NCBI GenBank assembly: GCA_013151795.1
Contig: JAADHQ010000030.1
Coordinates: 1-43,879 of the forward strand
Origin: Gammaproteobacteria bacterium
GTDB lineage: Bacteria > Pseudomonadota > Gammaproteobacteria > JAADHQ01
DNA: 43,879 nucleotides
Reading direction: 5' to 3'
The translations under genes and the position numbers were made by a program. Position 1 is the stretch's first letter. Every line of letters begins with the position of its first letter. The notes below the pieces were generated by a model that was given only the letters and a program-made list of their open reading frames with translations, was not told the DNA's origin and did not search any database. Positions 9,957-20,079 of this stretch are shown piece by piece.

Positions 9957-10020
9957 AACGGTAATTTAATATTCAGGAAGCTCTGATTTATCCACAAACG
10001 GGGCAGAGCCGCCTTAAATA

Positions 10021-11427
10021 TTACAAGCTGTAATACATATCAAACTCTACTGGATGAGTAGACATGCGTAAACGTGTCACTTCTTCCATTTTAAGTGCAA
10101 TAAAACCATCGATCATATCATCTGTAAATACACCACCTTCAGTGAGGAACTTACGATCAGCATCAAGTTCTTCCAATGCCTGATCAAATGAATGACAAAC
10201 TTGTGGAATGGTTGCTTCTTCTTCAGGAGGAAGATCATAAAGATCTTTATCCATCGCATCTCCAGGATGAATTTTATTTTTAATTCCATCAAGGCCAGCC
10301 ATCAGATAAGCTGCAAAACAAAGGTAAGGATTTGCTGTTGAATCACCAAAACGAACCTCGATGCGGCGTCCTTTAGGATTAGATATAAAAGGTATACGAA
10401 TAGAGGCAGAACGATTACGAGCAGAATATGCCAGCATTACAGGTGCTTCAAACCCAGGAACCAATCTTTTATAGCTATTGGTTGAGGAGTTTGCAAATGC
10501 ATTCAGTGCACGAGCATGTTTGATAATGCCGCCAATGTAGTAAAGAGCGATATCTGATAAGCCACCATATTTTTTGCCGTCAAACAGGTTCTTGCCACCT
10601 TTAAATAATGACATATGAACGTGCATACCATTACCATTGTCACCGACAATTGGTTTAGGCATAAATGTAGCTGTTTTGCCATAAGCATGCGCAACATTTT
10701 GAACAACGTATTTCAGAATCTGTACTTCATCTGCCTTGCTTACCAATGTATTAAAACCGGAACCAATTTCACACTGGCCAGCCGTTGCAACTTCGTGATG
10801 ATGTACTTCTGTATCAACGCCCATATCATTAAGAGCAAGACACATTGCCGAACGAATATCATGTAGGGAATCAACAGGAGGAACAGGGAAATAACCCCCT
10901 TTAACACCAGGACGATGCCCCATGTTGCCGTCAGCATAAACTTTTTCCGAGTTCCAGCTGGCTTCTTCTGAATCAATCTTTACGAAACAACCTGATAAAT
11001 CAGAACCATAACGAACATCATCAAGAATAAAGAATTCATTTTCAGGTCCAAAGTAAGCCTTGTCTGCAATTTTCGTTGATTTTAAATAGGCTTCTGCACG
11101 ATTGGCAACAGAACGTGGATCACGCTCATAACCTTGCATCGTTGCAGGCTCAAGGATGTCACATGTGATGTTCATGGTCATATCATCGAAAAATGGATCG
11201 AGGACAGCCGTAGATGCATCTGGCATAAGGATCATGTCTGATTCATTAATGCCTTTCCAGCCTGCAATACTGGAACCGTCAAACATCTTGCCTTCTTTAA
11301 AGAAACCCGCATTTACTTCATGCGCAGGTAACGTTACGTGTTGTTCCTTACCAATGGTGTCGGTAAAACGCATATCAACGAATTTTACATCGTTGTCCTT
11401 CATCAATTTTAAAACTTTTGCGGACAT
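10021..11427 (-). CDS. glnA: Glutamine synthetase type I
   Basis: [44 protein letters not shown], adenylylation loop [19 protein letters not shown]; SD GGAGGAG. Confidence 0.99.
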   Translation of the reverse strand: MSAKVLKLMKDNDVKFVDMRFTDTIGKEQHVTLPAHEVNAGFFKEGKMFDGSSIAGWKGINESDMILMPDASTAVLDPFFDDMTMNITCDILEPATMQGYERDPRSVANRAEAYLKSTKIADKAYFGPENEFFILDDVRYGSDLSGCFVKIDSEEASWNSEKVYADGNMGHRPGVKGGYFPVPPVDSLHDIRSAMCLALNDMGVDTEVHHHEVATAGQCEIGSGFNTLVSKADEVQILKYVVQNVAHAYGKTATFMPKPIVGDNGNGMHVHMSLFKGGKNLFDGKKYGGLSDIALYYIGGIIKHARALNAFANSSTNSYKRLVPGFEAPVMLAYSARNRSASIRIPFISNPKGRRIEVRFGDSTANPYLCFAAYLMAGLDGIKNKIHPGDAMDKDLYDLPPEEEATIPQVCHSFDQALEELDADRKFLTEGGVFTDDMIDGFIALKMEEVTRLRMSTHPVEFDMYYSL

Positions 11428-11525
11428 TCGCCACTCCTCCAGGATCTTCTTTTATAAAAAACTACACTAGTCCGGCTTTCAATCCGGGCTGGTGAGCGTC
11501 AATTAACTTTAGCCTAACTGTAATT

Positions 11526-11541
11526 TGCATAAAATATGCCA
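11526..11541 (-). promoter_or_regulatory. Sigma54 promoter of glnA
   Basis: Minus strand TGGCATATTTTATGCA = GG-N10-GC; IHF-like TTCAATTGCTTG near 11561-11572; NtrC sites upstream. Confidence 0.8.
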
Positions 11542-11603
11542 TGCAAATTATTTATTATAATTCAATTGCTTGGTTACATACTTATTATCATTACGTATAA
11601 AGA

Positions 11604-11651
11604 AGCACAAAAATGATGCGTACTTGTCTTAAAATGCACCAATATTGTACC
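11604..11651. promoter_or_regulatory. Tandem NtrC enhancer sites for glnA
   Basis: AGCACAAAAATGATGCG (11604-11620) and TGCACCAATATTGTACC (11635-11651), 31 bp apart (about three helical turns). Confidence 0.75.
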
Positions 11652-12788
11652 TTAATAAAAACCGACTCTTACTTCACCAATCTCATCCAGTTTTTTACTG
11701 GCCTGAATCAATGTATCTGATATTACCCGAGCTGTCATTTCATCACTACATATTTCGATAGGTAATTGCAGATCAACATGAATCTTACCATCTAAATAGT
11801 GCAATGTAATAGCCTGAATTTGATCCGCAGCAGCAATACCTGACCAACAATCACGCAACTTGTTGCTGATTTCGCCCCGCAACGGCAAATGGCCACTCGG
11901 CTGTGCATTTTCATCATCTTCAGGGTCGATATGAACCATAACATCAGTTACTTCATCAAACTCATGGATCAACCGTTGTCGAACAGTTTCACTTATATGA
12001 TGCCCTTCGGACACGCTCAAATGCGAAGCTACCTGAATATGTACATCAATTAGCGCATCGGCACCCATACGTCGCGTTCGTAATAAATGCAGGTTTTCGA
12101 CACCATCCAGATGCTGAATATAATGACGAATTTTTTCTACCCGCTCTGTTTCCAGTGCCGTATCTACCAACTCACGAATACTGTGCCATGCCAGATCCCA
12201 GCCGATTTTAGCGATCATGTATACAACACCAATAGTAGCAATCGCATCAAGATAACTTAACCCGGCCATCGATCCGACAATACCAATAAGCACGATGATG
12301 GATGAAATAGCATCACTGCGACTATGCCAGGCATTGGCCTTTAATAAATTTGAACGCAACCGTTCTGCTGTATGCATGGTGTACTGGTAGATTGCTTCCT
12401 TTGAAATAATAGAAACCAGTGCTGCGCTAAAGGCCAGCCAACCCGGATGCATTTGCAGCTCCGGATGAAACAGCCTGTTAATTGCGTCATAACCAATGCC
12501 TAGAGCAACTGCAAGTAGTGCGAAACCAAGCGCAACTGTTGTCATCGTTTCTATTCTGGCGTGACCATACGGGTGATCTTCATCAGCTTCACGACTGCCA
12601 TGCTTGGCTGCAAACAGAACCATCACATCAGTTACCAGATCAGATAAAGAATGGATACCATCTGCAATCAGTGCCTGTGAACTTCCAACATAACCCGTTA
12701 CTATTTTACCAATACCCAGAACAAGATCCAGCGCTGCACCAATCAGGGTGACACGTTTGATTTCAATATAACGTTGGTCTACATCCAC
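11652..12788 (-). CDS. Cation diffusion facilitator (FieF-like) with C-terminal extension
   Basis: SQALIADGIHSLSD, DEDHPYGHARIE, NAWHSRSD, DVHIQV, VMVHIDP, then about 85 extra residues. Confidence 0.92.
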   Translation of the reverse strand: MDVDQRYIEIKRVTLIGAALDLVLGIGKIVTGYVGSSQALIADGIHSLSDLVTDVMVLFAAKHGSREADEDHPYGHARIETMTTVALGFALLAVALGIGYDAINRLFHPELQMHPGWLAFSAALVSIISKEAIYQYTMHTAERLRSNLLKANAWHSRSDAISSIIVLIGIVGSMAGLSYLDAIATIGVVYMIAKIGWDLAWHSIRELVDTALETERVEKIRHYIQHLDGVENLHLLRTRRMGADALIDVHIQVASHLSVSEGHHISETVRQRLIHEFDEVTDVMVHIDPEDDENAQPSGHLPLRGEISNKLRDCWSGIAAADQIQAITLHYLDGKIHVDLQLPIEICSDEMTARVISDTLIQASKKLDEIGEVRVGFY

Positions 12789-12790
12789 GG

Positions 12791-13018
12791 TTATCGCATC
12801 ACTTCAATTTTTATTAATACCTGCGTTTCATTCTGTTCGGCCACTAATACTTTATGACCGTTTATTCGACACCAGGCACCAACATCATTTAATGCGCCAG
12901 GGTCGGTACACACAATTTCCAGAATATCGCCGTTGTTTAATTCCGCTACTCGATCCTGCGTTTTTATTACAGGCATCGGACAGAGTAATCCACTTGCATC
13001 CAGTTTAAATTCAGCCAT
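12791..13018 (-). CDS. TusA-family sulfur carrier
   Basis: LDASGLLCPMPV (CPxP motif), TDPGALND, 75 aa. Confidence 0.92.
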   Translation of the reverse strand: MAEFKLDASGLLCPMPVIKTQDRVAELNNGDILEIVCTDPGALNDVGAWCRINGHKVLVAEQNETQVLIKIEVMR

Positions 13019-13095
13019 TATTTTATCTTTAATTTCTCTATAATTTAATTTTATACATTATTGTAAATACGTATTTAAACCTATAAAAACAGGCT

Positions 13096-14139
13096 TTATA
13101 CGGACCAACTCGCTGGCATCTCTGATATACCAATCGGCTTCACCCTGATTAAATCAATTTCTCCGTTAATCTGACGTAATTCAACTTCCACTTCATTTTC
13201 CAGCTTTCCTTTACTGTAACGCGCCGCGATACGTGCGGCCAGTTGACAGTCTTCTGCGCTAGGTTGGCCATCCAGCAAAACCAGTGGCCCGGAGTGGCTA
13301 ATTGTTTTAATCGATATAAAACGATTACGGTAACCTTGCATGAAATTTACTTCGCCTTCTTCACGAGCAATAATCAATTTGAAATTTTTTGCAGGTCGAA
13401 TATGGCGACCTACCTTTAATAACATAATATCATCCATTTCATATTCTTTATTCCCGCGAGCATCCCAAAGGTCCACCAGTTTTTTTGAATAATGTTCATC
13501 CGTAAGAAAACAGCAACCACCAGCAGGTTGCGCATAATCATCAAAACCGTAATGTTCAGCCAACGCCATTTGCGGCTTGCGTGATCGCCCATGAAAGTCG
13601 AGCAACTCATCCCGTGTAACCCAGCCCTCACGCTCTGGTAAAGTAGGTTCAAAATGTTTCGCACATAACGGCCGTAACAACCGATCGCCCGCCCCCGACT
13701 CTTGTGCAATAACCGGCATGGTATCTTTACGTTGAGACATAGGCCGTTGGCCCATTACTTCGCCGGTAATAATAAAATCAAAATCATTTTTTTCAATCCA
13801 TACCAGTGCCTGTTGAACCATGAAAGTTTTGCAGTCATGGCACGGATTCATATTGGCGCCATATCCGTGTTTTGGATTGATTAATACGTCTTTATATTTT
13901 TCGATAACATCAATGATATGTAATTTAATACCCAATGTTTCTGCAACCCAAAGGGCATTGTTGCGTTTGGGTTTTGCCTTGTCTTTTTTACGAATGGCAT
14001 GGGTATGACCTTCTACACAAAAACCGGTGTAGAAATTAATACCTTCAACATGGACGCCTTGCTCCATAATGACCTTGGTAGCCAATAGTGAATCCAGTCC
14101 TCCGGATATAAGGGAGACAGCTTTAATTTTTCGAGTCAT
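13096..14139 (-). CDS. PP-loop ATP pyrophosphatase, ThiI/MnmA-like putative tRNA thiolase
   Basis: SGGLDS PP-loop, NPCHDCK, TGEVMGQRPMSQ, GRSRKPQ, PAGGCCFLTD, C-terminal GRH...AARYS domain. Start trimmed to ATG 14139. Confidence 0.8.
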   Translation of the reverse strand: MTRKIKAVSLISGGLDSLLATKVIMEQGVHVEGINFYTGFCVEGHTHAIRKKDKAKPKRNNALWVAETLGIKLHIIDVIEKYKDVLINPKHGYGANMNPCHDCKTFMVQQALVWIEKNDFDFIITGEVMGQRPMSQRKDTMPVIAQESGAGDRLLRPLCAKHFEPTLPEREGWVTRDELLDFHGRSRKPQMALAEHYGFDDYAQPAGGCCFLTDEHYSKKLVDLWDARGNKEYEMDDIMLLKVGRHIRPAKNFKLIIAREEGEVNFMQGYRNRFISIKTISHSGPLVLLDGQPSAEDCQLAARIAARYSKGKLENEVEVELRQINGEIDLIRVKPIGISEMPASWSV

Positions 14140-14391
14140 GATGATTATCGGGGTAATAGTGATCAGGGGCGATATTATACCCCCTGAACCAGATTCAAGC
14201 ATAGAACAGGCTTTGCTTTATTAAAATATCCTGCTTTCAAACCGTGAAAGGTGGCCTTTATGTATCATTTCATGCGAATTTTATGTTTCCGGTCAATTAA
14301 TTACCCAAATAAACTGCATTTTTGTTTAATGGCAGCCTCTGAGCAAGTTATAATCACACACTTATTATTGTTGTAGCTGGACTGATTGAAA

Positions 14392-15315
14392 ATGGCAAAG
14401 AAAAAATTGGCGGATGTCTCAACTTTTCAGGGACTTATACAGGCATTACAAGCATACTGGGCTGAACAGGGCTGCATCCTCATTCAACCCTATGATATGG
14501 AGGTTGGTGCAGGTACATTCCATACCGCCACTTTTCTACGCTCTATTGGCCCGGAGCCCTGGAGAGCAGCCTATGTTCAACCATCCAGACGACCCACTGA
14601 CGGGCGTTATGGCGAAAACCCTAACCGTCTGCAACATTATTACCAGTTTCAGGTTGTCTTGAAACCTTCACCGCTAGACATACAGGATCTTTACCTTAAC
14701 TCATTGAAAATGCTAGGTATTGACCCCTTGGTTCATGATATTCGTTTTGTCGAGGATAACTGGGAATCACCTACTCTTGGTGCATGGGGACTGGGTTGGG
14801 AAGTCTGGCTAAATGGTATGGAAGTTACCCAGTTTACCTACTTTCAACAAGTAGGCTCGCTTGATTGCGAACCGGTAACAGGTGAAATAACCTATGGCCT
14901 CGAACGCATAGCCATGTATTTGCAAGGTGTTAAAAGTGTCTACGACCTTGTCTGGACAAATGGGCCCGATGGGCCTGTGACCTATGGCGATGTCTTTCAC
15001 CAGAATGAGGTCGAAATGTCTGCCTATAACTTTGAACACGCCAATGTACCTGGCTTGTTTAACTGGTTTGATAACTGTGAACATGAAGGCAACAATCTGA
15101 TCGAGCTTGATTTGCCACTACCCGCCTATGAAATGATGATGAAGGCCTCCCATACATTCAATCTGCTGGATGCCAGGAACGCAATCTCGGTTACAGAACG
15201 AGCAAGTTATATAGGCCGTATTCGTGCCTTGTCACGCGCAGTCGCTGCAAAATATTACGAAAGCCGTGAAAAACTCGGGTTCCCCATGCTTAAATCCAGC
15301 AAGAGGAGCAAATAA
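14392..15315 (+). CDS. glyQ: Glycine-tRNA ligase alpha subunit
   Basis: [43 protein letters not shown]. Confidence 0.99.
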   Translation: MAKKKLADVSTFQGLIQALQAYWAEQGCILIQPYDMEVGAGTFHTATFLRSIGPEPWRAAYVQPSRRPTDGRYGENPNRLQHYYQFQVVLKPSPLDIQDLYLNSLKMLGIDPLVHDIRFVEDNWESPTLGAWGLGWEVWLNGMEVTQFTYFQQVGSLDCEPVTGEITYGLERIAMYLQGVKSVYDLVWTNGPDGPVTYGDVFHQNEVEMSAYNFEHANVPGLFNWFDNCEHEGNNLIELDLPLPAYEMMMKASHTFNLLDARNAISVTERASYIGRIRALSRAVAAKYYESREKLGFPMLKSSKRSK

Positions 15316-17390
15316 TGAAAACGTCTGATTTGCTCATTGAGATTGGAACTGAAGAATTACCACCAAAAGCCTTAAAAAAATTATCTGTCGCCTTCAGTGA
15401 CGGTATTCGCAACGGGCTTGAATCTGCTGAACTCGAGTTTGAAACGACAACAGCATATGCATCACCACGACGCCTTGCTGTGCTGGTTAAGGGGTGTCAA
15501 AAAAAACAATCCAATAAAATAATTGAAAAACGTGGGCCCTCACTAAAAGCGGCTTATGATGATGAAGGTAATCCTACACAAGCTGCTACCGGTTTCGCAA
15601 AAAGTTGTGGTGTTGAAGTAGCAGAACTGGACAAACTCGAAACTGATAAAGGAACCTGGCTTTCGTATAACAGTGAACAGCGGGGTAAGACGGCGCAGTC
15701 TATTATCCCTGCAATTGTTCAAAAATCACTGGATGATTTACCTATCCCTAAACGTATGCGCTGGGGTAACCTGAAAGAACAATTCGTACGTCCTGTACAT
15801 TGGGTTATTTTATTATTTGGTGACCAGGTCATTAACGCAAAAATTCTCGGCATAAAAGCAGGGCGGGAAACAGTAGGTCATCGATTCCATCATCCTGATA
15901 CTATCTATATCGATGCCCCTGAAAATTATGCGTCACTTCTTGAGACTAAAGGTAACGTCATTGTTGATTTTGAATCCAGACGGAACCTTATCCTCACCCA
16001 GATTCTGAAAGTCGCAAAAATAAAGGGTACGGCCATCATTGATGGATCGTTACTGGATGAAGTAACAGGTATGGTTGAGTGGCCACAAGCAATAATAGGT
16101 AATTTCGATGAGCGTTTTCTTGATGTTCCTTCCGAGGCATTAATTTCTGCCATGAAAAGCCATCAAAAATATTTTCATGTTGTTGATGATAACAAAAAAC
16201 TCATGCCTCACTTTATTACTATCAGTAATATTAAAAGCAAAAAACCCGCTATGGTCCGCGTAGGTAATGAGCGCGTTATTCGTCCACGTCTGGCAGACTC
16301 CGAATTCTTCTGGAAGCAGGATCAAAAACAACCGCTCTTCAGCCACAACAAGACTTTGAATAATGTTGTATTCCAGTCAAAACTCGGATCATTACACGAC
16401 AAGGTCTTACGCACTTCAGAACTTGCCGGACATATCGCAGAAATAACCGGCCTCGATGTTGAAAAAACCAAACGTGCGGCTATGTTATGTAAATGTGATC
16501 TTATGACCAACATGGTTAGTGAATTCCCTGACCTTCAAGGTACGATGGGACGCTACTATGCAGAGCTGGATGGTGAAGACAAAGAAGTTGCCCTGGCAAT
16601 TGAAGAACATTACATGCCACGTTTTTCCGGCGATAAACTTCCTTCTACCGATGCAGGAAAATGTCTGGCGCTGGCAGACAAAATAGACAGCATGGTAGGT
16701 TTATTTGGTGTTGGCCTGCCACCTACTGGTGACAAGGATCCGTTTGCACTTCGACGAGCAGCGCTTGGTGTCGTACGTATTTTAATAGAAGAAAATCTTG
16801 ATATCGATCTGAATATTATCATCAAGAAAGCAATTAAGAATTACACCTACCAAAAACTCGCCCTTGCTGTAAATGAAGCAACCACCAGTGTCTATAACTT
16901 TATTCTCACAAGATTACAGGTCTATTATGTCAATAAGGGTTTTGCCCGTGATGAAATTGATGCGGTGTTATCACTTAAACCGTCTCAACTTAATGATTGT
17001 GAAAATCGCTTACGCGCCTTGTCCGAATTCAGAAAATTACCTGAAGCAACAAGTCTGGCTGCAGCAAATAAACGTATTTCAAATATTATTAAAAAATCCA
17101 AAGATAAGATTCCTGAAAAATGTAATCCTTTTATACTCGTAGGTAAAGATGAAAAAATGCTTGCCACCGTTATGGGTGATATGATTAACGAACTCGAACC
17201 ATTATTTGATAACCGTGATTATGAAGCCGCCATGAAAAAACTGGCAGGGCTGAGAAAGTATGTCGATGCTTTTTTTGATAATGTTATGGTCATGACAAAA
17301 GAAGATACTTTACGTATTAATCGTCTTGCATTGCTTAACTCTATCCGCAATCAATTTCTTAAAGTTGCTGATATCTCTAAACTCCAATAG
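15315..17390 (+). CDS. glyS: Glycine-tRNA ligase beta subunit
   Basis: EIGTEELPP, PKRMRWG, RPRLAD, EFPDLQG, DPFALRR, FFDNVMVM; TAATG coupling with glyQ. Confidence 0.99.
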   Translation: MKTSDLLIEIGTEELPPKALKKLSVAFSDGIRNGLESAELEFETTTAYASPRRLAVLVKGCQKKQSNKIIEKRGPSLKAAYDDEGNPTQAATGFAKSCGVEVAELDKLETDKGTWLSYNSEQRGKTAQSIIPAIVQKSLDDLPIPKRMRWGNLKEQFVRPVHWVILLFGDQVINAKILGIKAGRETVGHRFHHPDTIYIDAPENYASLLETKGNVIVDFESRRNLILTQILKVAKIKGTAIIDGSLLDEVTGMVEWPQAIIGNFDERFLDVPSEALISAMKSHQKYFHVVDDNKKLMPHFITISNIKSKKPAMVRVGNERVIRPRLADSEFFWKQDQKQPLFSHNKTLNNVVFQSKLGSLHDKVLRTSELAGHIAEITGLDVEKTKRAAMLCKCDLMTNMVSEFPDLQGTMGRYYAELDGEDKEVALAIEEHYMPRFSGDKLPSTDAGKCLALADKIDSMVGLFGVGLPPTGDKDPFALRRAALGVVRILIEENLDIDLNIIIKKAIKNYTYQKLALAVNEATTSVYNFILTRLQVYYVNKGFARDEIDAVLSLKPSQLNDCENRLRALSEFRKLPEATSLAAANKRISNIIKKSKDKIPEKCNPFILVGKDEKMLATVMGDMINELEPLFDNRDYEAAMKKLAGLRKYVDAFFDNVMVMTKEDTLRINRLALLNSIRNQFLKVADISKLQ

Positions 17391-17398
17391 GCCTTATC

Positions 17399-17737
17399 AT
17401 GAACGAACTAAACCCTGACTCCTATAAAGACATGTTAGATACGGTTCAGGCCTTTCATGATAAACATGATTTTAAAAACACCGGTGGAGAAGAACTAACC
17501 TATCGGCTGGCATTAATGTCTGAGGAACTGGGTGAAATGTCTGCCTGTGTTACCAAGGGCAAGAGTAAAGAAGATCTCGCAGAAGAAACAGCTGATCTAT
17601 TTATCCTCTTACTCGGTACAGCCATTTCAGCCGACTTCAATCTCAATGATGCCTTCTGGAAAAAAATGGATAAAATTATGAAGCGAGATTCCAGAATGGT
17701 TAATGGCCGTATTCGCGTATCTGAATTTAAAGACTAA
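17399..17737 (+). CDS. MazG-like all-alpha NTP pyrophosphohydrolase
   Basis: LMSEELGE...LAEETADL acidic motif, 112 aa. Confidence 0.8.
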   Translation: MNELNPDSYKDMLDTVQAFHDKHDFKNTGGEELTYRLALMSEELGEMSACVTKGKSKEDLAEETADLFILLLGTAISADFNLNDAFWKKMDKIMKRDSRMVNGRIRVSEFKD

Positions 17738-17746
17738 AGAATCAAT

Positions 17747-18283
17747 ATGAAACACATCATACTCGGCAGAGACGGCGTTATAAATGAAATCACCGACGAC
17801 TTTATAAAATCACCCGATGAATGGTGTGCAATTCCTGGTAGCCTTGATGCGATTGCACGACTTAATCGAGCCGGATTTCAGGTTATCGTTATTACAAATC
17901 AACCCGGCCTTGCACATAATGTACTGTCTATCCGCTCCCTGAATGCCATTCATGATAAAATGCATAAAGAACTGGCTTTGTTTTCTGCCCAGATTGAGTC
18001 CATCATGTTCTGCCCACATAAAACACAGGATAACTGCCAGTGTAAAAAACCTAAGCCCGGACTATTTCTTGACCTGAAAAATCGACTTAATATCTCTCTG
18101 TCGAATAGCCATGTCGTTGGTGATTCTTTATCTGACCTTCAGGTTGCACAGGAAATCGGCGCTTTACCCATACTGGTCAAAACAGGCAAGGGCAAACAAA
18201 CCATCAGCAAGGCTATTGGTCTGGATAATATTCCGATTTTTGATGATCTTGCTACTTTTACCGATCATTTATTATCACAATAA
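17747..18283 (+). CDS. gmhB: GmhB-family heptose-1,7-bisphosphate phosphatase homologue (motif I Asp replaced by Gly)
   Basis: xRDGVIN, ITNQ, CPH-x5-CQCKKPKPG, VGDSLSD, LVKTGKG; glyS-gmhB-plsC synteny. Confidence 0.88.
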   Translation: MKHIILGRDGVINEITDDFIKSPDEWCAIPGSLDAIARLNRAGFQVIVITNQPGLAHNVLSIRSLNAIHDKMHKELALFSAQIESIMFCPHKTQDNCQCKKPKPGLFLDLKNRLNISLSNSHVVGDSLSDLQVAQEIGALPILVKTGKGKQTISKAIGLDNIPIFDDLATFTDHLLSQ

Positions 18284-18299
18284 GCTACGGACTAATTTT

Positions 18300-19013
18300 A
18301 TGTACACCCTTCGCACGATACTTTTCTGGATAGGTTTTACTTTCTCAACTGTCATTATTATGACTACACTTTCAGTCTCGTTTATTCTGCCTTTCCGATT
18401 CAGGTTTTTTATTTCAAAGGGCTGGCCGCTCCTTAATTCATGGTGGCTTAAACTTACTTGTAATCTATCTTATGAAATACACGGCCTGGATAATATACCT
18501 GATGAGCCTGTTATATTTATGAGTAAACACCAGTCCACCTGGGAAACCATCACCTATCAATTATTCCTGCCTCCTACTGCCTGGGTTATAAAACGTGAAC
18601 TTCTCTGGATCCCTATTTTCGGCTGGGGTGTTGCCATGCTAAACCCGATTGCAATTAACCGTAAATTGAGCAAGGCTGCTCTCAAACAGATAATTGAACA
18701 GGGTAAAAAGCGCCTGAATGCTGGTATTAATATTATGATATTTCCCGAGGGCACCCGTACTACTGCAGGAACAAAAACCAAATATAAACCGGGAGGGGCT
18801 ATATTAGCTGCTAAATCCGGGAGACGGGTTGTGCCTATCGCCCATAATGCAGGTTATTTCTGGCCAATGGATCAATTTGTTAAACATTCAGGCACCATCA
18901 CGGTTGTTATCGGCAAACCCATCTCTACTGAAGGAAAATCAGCAAGTGAAATTCTCAAAGAAACGGAAACCTGGATAGAAGCGGAAATGGTTAAAATAGG
19001 TGGTAGAACATAA
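18300..19013 (+). CDS. plsC: 1-acyl-sn-glycerol-3-phosphate acyltransferase
   Basis: KHQSTWET, KRELLWIP, FPEGTR; start trimmed to ATG 18300. Confidence 0.9.
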   Translation: MYTLRTILFWIGFTFSTVIIMTTLSVSFILPFRFRFFISKGWPLLNSWWLKLTCNLSYEIHGLDNIPDEPVIFMSKHQSTWETITYQLFLPPTAWVIKRELLWIPIFGWGVAMLNPIAINRKLSKAALKQIIEQGKKRLNAGINIMIFPEGTRTTAGTKTKYKPGGAILAAKSGRRVVPIAHNAGYFWPMDQFVKHSGTITVVIGKPISTEGKSASEILKETETWIEAEMVKIGGRT

Positions 19014-19263
19014 GTTGTCTGGGTTTATAAATCAGATAACGTTTTTCAATAACTTACAAACCGAAAAATCATAATACGCTATAAATATTACTGCCTGAAT
19101 CATTAATACAGATATTTCGCTCGCAAAACCTGGATATAAAAGTATATTATTTAATATCCCCAATACACCCGTCTCTTGTTATTTTTTAAAAATACATTGA
19201 CTAACTGTTAAACAAGGATCATTGCTTTATTAAAAATAATCTTTTCTCAAGGAAACTACCGTC

Positions 19264-20070
19264 ATGGTGTCTACGACAAAAAAAATTAAAACAGATGAAT
19301 TCGACTCCACAACAATGCCTTTTGTGGCATCCTGTAAAATAATTGAACCATTAGCACCATTTCGCTGGTTACGCCAGGGCTGGGCAGACATGATGCGGGC
19401 ACGTAAACAAAGCCTGAGTTATGGATTAGTCATGACACTAATCAGCTATTTTGTCACCATCGTCGCCTATCTAATGGACAGTTATATGTTGCTGTTTGCC
19501 TTACTATCCGCTTTCTTCTTTCTCGGCCCTGTACTGGCGATTGGACTTTATTCTATCAGCTGTCAGTTACAGGAAGGAAAATCTCCAAGGCTGGGCTATT
19601 GCTTACGAGAGGGCAGGCGTCATATTGGTAATGGCCTGGTGTTTGCTTTTGTCTTACTAATCATATTCCTGATCTGGGCGCGTGCGGCTTCAATGGTACA
19701 TATTTTTTTTCCTGAAGAGTCATCTCCACATTTTGCTGATTTATTGGTGTTTCTGGGAATCGGTACTGTCATCGGTGCCTTTTTCTGCGCTATTATATTT
19801 ACCGCCAGTGTATTTTCCTTACCCATGATCATGGATCGCAAGGTTGATGTTATTACGGCAGTAATCACCAGTGTCAACGCCGTATTCAGAAACAAACTTG
19901 CAATGCTGGTCTGGGCCGGAATTATTGTACTTAGTGTATTACTTAGTATCGCTACTGCCTTTATAGGCATGACTATACTTTTACCACTAATTGGTCATGC
20001 TACCTGGTATGGATACAAGGAAACTATTGATGCTGATCTATGGCCGCGATACGAACCACTTGATCAATAA
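19264..20070 (+). CDS. DUF2189-family integral membrane protein
   Basis: PFRWLRQGWAD, GPVLAIGLYSIS, PLIGHATWYGY; several hydrophobic segments. Confidence 0.8.
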   Translation: MVSTTKKIKTDEFDSTTMPFVASCKIIEPLAPFRWLRQGWADMMRARKQSLSYGLVMTLISYFVTIVAYLMDSYMLLFALLSAFFFLGPVLAIGLYSISCQLQEGKSPRLGYCLREGRRHIGNGLVFAFVLLIIFLIWARAASMVHIFFPEESSPHFADLLVFLGIGTVIGAFFCAIIFTASVFSLPMIMDRKVDVITAVITSVNAVFRNKLAMLVWAGIIVLSVLLSIATAFIGMTILLPLIGHATWYGYKETIDADLWPRYEPLDQ

Positions 20071-20079
20071 GCCGACGAT

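Noticed and set aside
9988-9996. Isolated perfect DnaA box after glnA
   Set aside because: A single 9-mer inside a hairpin loop with no companions; plausible by chance in AT-rich DNA.
19198-19212. TTGACTAACTGTTAA as an FNR site for DUF2189
   Set aside because: The spacer is 5 bp rather than 4 and the half-sites deviate from TTGAT/ATCAA.
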